NCBI GenBank assembly: GCA_964016885.1
Contig: OZ024746.1
Location: 53,444,001-53,508,000 of the forward strand
Direction: 5' to 3'
Source: Eledone cirrhosa
Taxonomy: Eukaryota
Length of the DNA: 64,000 nucleotides
Below are positions 61,379 to 64,000 of the stretch, piece by piece (position 1 is the first letter of the stretch; the number at the start of each line of letters is the position of its first letter). The position numbers were made by a program, and so were the translations under genes. Below the pieces are notes generated by a model that had not been told where the DNA came from, searched no databases, and was given only the letters and a program-made list of their open reading frames with translations.

Positions 61379-62522
61379 GTATGTATGTATGTGTGGATGT
61401 TTGTATGTATGTTTGTATGAATTTATGTATGTGCACAAGCATGTAAACCTTTCTATGTGTAAATCTATATATTTTGACTTCAGTCTAAGTTCATATACAT
61501 ATGTTTGTATGTCTATAAGTATGTATTTCAGTATAAGGATGTGTGTAGTACGTGTGTAAATGTATGTATGTTTGTACATTTGTATGAATGTGCGTATCTA
61601 TGTACATATGTATGTCAATGCAAATATGAATCTGTATGAATCTGACTTCTGTCTATGTTCATACATATATGTTTCTGTCTATAAGTATGTATATCAGTAT
61701 ATCTATGTATGTGTGAAATCTGTTTTGTCTTCTGTCTATGGTCATATACATATGTTTGTATGTCTATAACTATGTATATCAGTATATGGATGTATGTACG
61801 TGTGTAAATGTATGTATGTATGTATGAATGAATGTACATATGTATGTAAGTGCATATGTGAATCTAGTTTGTCTTTTGTCTATGTTCATATACAAGTTTC
61901 TGTGTCGATAAGTGTATGTATGTATGTATGTATATAGAAATAGACAGGCTGGATACCCGATTGCGCGGTTAAACCACTGGGAGTGAAGGACCTCTAGCCT
62001 TTGTCAGGGCATTCTTCTAGAAGGTAACTCAGGAAACTGGCATAACTCCGATATAAAACCTACGGCTCAGTAGTTACCGATGATGTTGATCTTTTCTTCT
62101 TTTCGGGTTATAACTACTGTCGCTCAGACAGTGGGATTGGCTCAGTGCACAGTCTTTCCTCACTTTAACAAAAATATTCACGCACAGGCATTGCACGATA
62201 GCATTAGTTAGTAATTATTAATAATGTTATATCGTGCAATGGCCATACTCGATAACGAGAGGGCAGCCATCATGTATGTATGTAAGCATGAATGAATCTG
62301 TGTTTTGATTTATCCATATATGTATACATATATATCTATATATATTCTAGGTTTATTATTTTGTAAATTTGCTAATAAAGAAATCATTATTTTATAAATT
62401 TTTACCAACAGAGAGCCAGTTTTTAACATAGATACAAGACTCCTTCATTGGAATTTAGTCAACATCAATTAGGTAAATATGTCTGTGTTTGTGTGTGTAG
62501 ATGTATGGATGTTATTTCGTCT

Positions 62523-62850
62523 ACGTGGCTCAGTGGTTGGAGCATTGTTCATGCAATCATGAGGTTGCGAGTTCAATTCTTGGACCCAGAGATGCATTGT
62601 CTTTGAGCAAGGCACTTTATTTCATGTTGCTCTAGTTCACCCAGCTGTAGAAATAGGTTGTAATGTCACTGGTGCCAAGCTGTATCAACCTTTGCCTTTC
62701 CCTTGGATATCATTGGTGTCGTGGAGAGGGAAGACTAGCATGCATGGGTGACTGCTGGTTTTCCACAAACAACCTTTCCTAGATTTGTGTCTCCGAAGGG
62801 GAACTTTCTAGGCACAAATCCCATAGTCATTTGTGACTGAAAGGGCTTTA
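62523..62850 (+). mobile_element. SINE family B variant
   Basis: TGGCTCAGTGG, GAGTTCAATTC, TTGAGCAAGGCACTT. Confidence 0.75.
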
Positions 62851-62907
62851 AAAGGACCTGTATGAGTACATGTACATATTTCTGTATCTATACGTGTGTG
62901 TATGTTA

Positions 62908-64000
62908 TTAGATGCTAAATTTCTGAAATGTTTTACGTTTCTTTCCAATTCCATTAATGGACAGTACTTGCAACTTCCTAACTGTTATTTCTGGTTCTGT
63001 GAAACCCACCTTCTCAAGATTTGTACCGAGGCAGTTAATAACATACCCAAGTGCCCTAATGACCAGAGGTACAAATCTAAAGGTGTAATCAGGGAGGAAT
63101 ATCTGTAGATACCTCATTAGTTCAGCATAAATATTCCCCCTTTTTGCTAAATGTTTAACATTATATTAATATCTGCTGGACATGCATATTTTTTCTATCC
63201 CATATCACTGAATTGTTTATGTTAACATAACAAACAATTGTGAAACATTCCACTGATACTTTTTCATATTATGTGTGCCCTCAATATCGCTGTGAAGGTG
63301 CATGGCTTAGTGGTTAGAGCATTGGGCTTGCAATCGAAAGGTTGTGAGTTCAATTCTCGAAACGGGTGATGTGTTGTTTCCTTGAGCAAGACACTTTATT
63401 TCACGTTGTTCCAGTTTACTCAGCTGAAGAAATGAGATGATAGGACTGGGGTCCCTATCATTAATTCACCCAAGGCACCTCCAACGAGATATGCCTTGTC
63501 ACACACAACATCGCTGTGACAATTTATATTTTCATCGTCAGTACTTTTTTTTCGATAGATTGTATTGTATAGTGTTTTGGTCATTACATCATACCTCATA
63601 GACAGATAGTAGTGTGATGACATCTTTGGACAGTTGCTTACGATGTGAGGACATCCTTGATGTTTATTCCACAGTATCTGCATGTGTTTGTTTTGCTTGC
63701 ATTCCTATGCCTTTTGTGCATCAGGTGTTCCATTATTATTGCTGTTCTTAGATTGCAAAACTTATCCTTCAAAGTGAGAATTAATATACTGGTTACTGGG
63801 CTAAGATAGACAGCTTTGCTTATCTAGATTGCTTTTACTTTGAAGATTTCTGGCAGCAGAGCTATGCATAACTTCTGATAAGCGTGGTTTTCATCCATGG
63901 TTTCCTTGCGGTATTACTTCGCAATTTGCCTGGGTGTGTGTTTTTGGTTATCAAGCAGGGAATATTTATCAAGAAGTTCCTTACCAACTTTCATGATGTT
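62908..64000 (-). mobile_element. Degraded R4/Dong/NeSL-type non-LTR element (zinc knuckle and restriction-like endonuclease end)
   Basis: HIVSNCPKMSSHYYLSMRYD (zinc knuckle and RHD-like), CPADINI, YAELMRYLQ..FVPLVIRALG. Confidence 0.75.
63296..63505 (+). mobile_element. SINE family B inserted in the RLE LINE
   Basis: tRNA head and CORE-like body; 14-bp TSD CAA(T/C)ATCGCTGTGA at 63282-63295 and 63506-63519. Confidence 0.9.

Noticed and set aside
63296-63370. Functional tRNA genes at SINE heads
   Set aside because: The acceptor stem does not pair properly and each copy continues into a SINE body; this one has a TSD.

Overview
AT-rich, repeat-dominated eukaryotic DNA. The SINE and LINE families suggest an octopod cephalopod (inferred from recognition, not a search). 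I found no host protein-coding gene; most ORFs in the track are translations of (TA)n-type microsatellites. Contents: two near-full-length Penelope-like retroelements (RT + Cys-rich motif + GIY-YIG, Naiad-like) at 33104-38839 (+) and 50651-54739 (-), both with hammerhead ribozymes in their pseudo-LTRs; 5'-truncated RTE, CR1-type and R4/Dong-type LINEs; many copies of two tRNA-derived SINE families; five MITEs; multi-kb compound (TA)n arrays; and a 200-N gap. Three main signals stand out. (1) About 18 minimal type I hammerhead or hammerhead-like motifs from roughly nine repeat families, including non-canonical cores. (2) Many carrier elements sit in (TA)n tracts with two 3' ends facing outward. 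(3) Two divergent PLEs share a ~33-nt motif immediately beyond the pLTR boundary.
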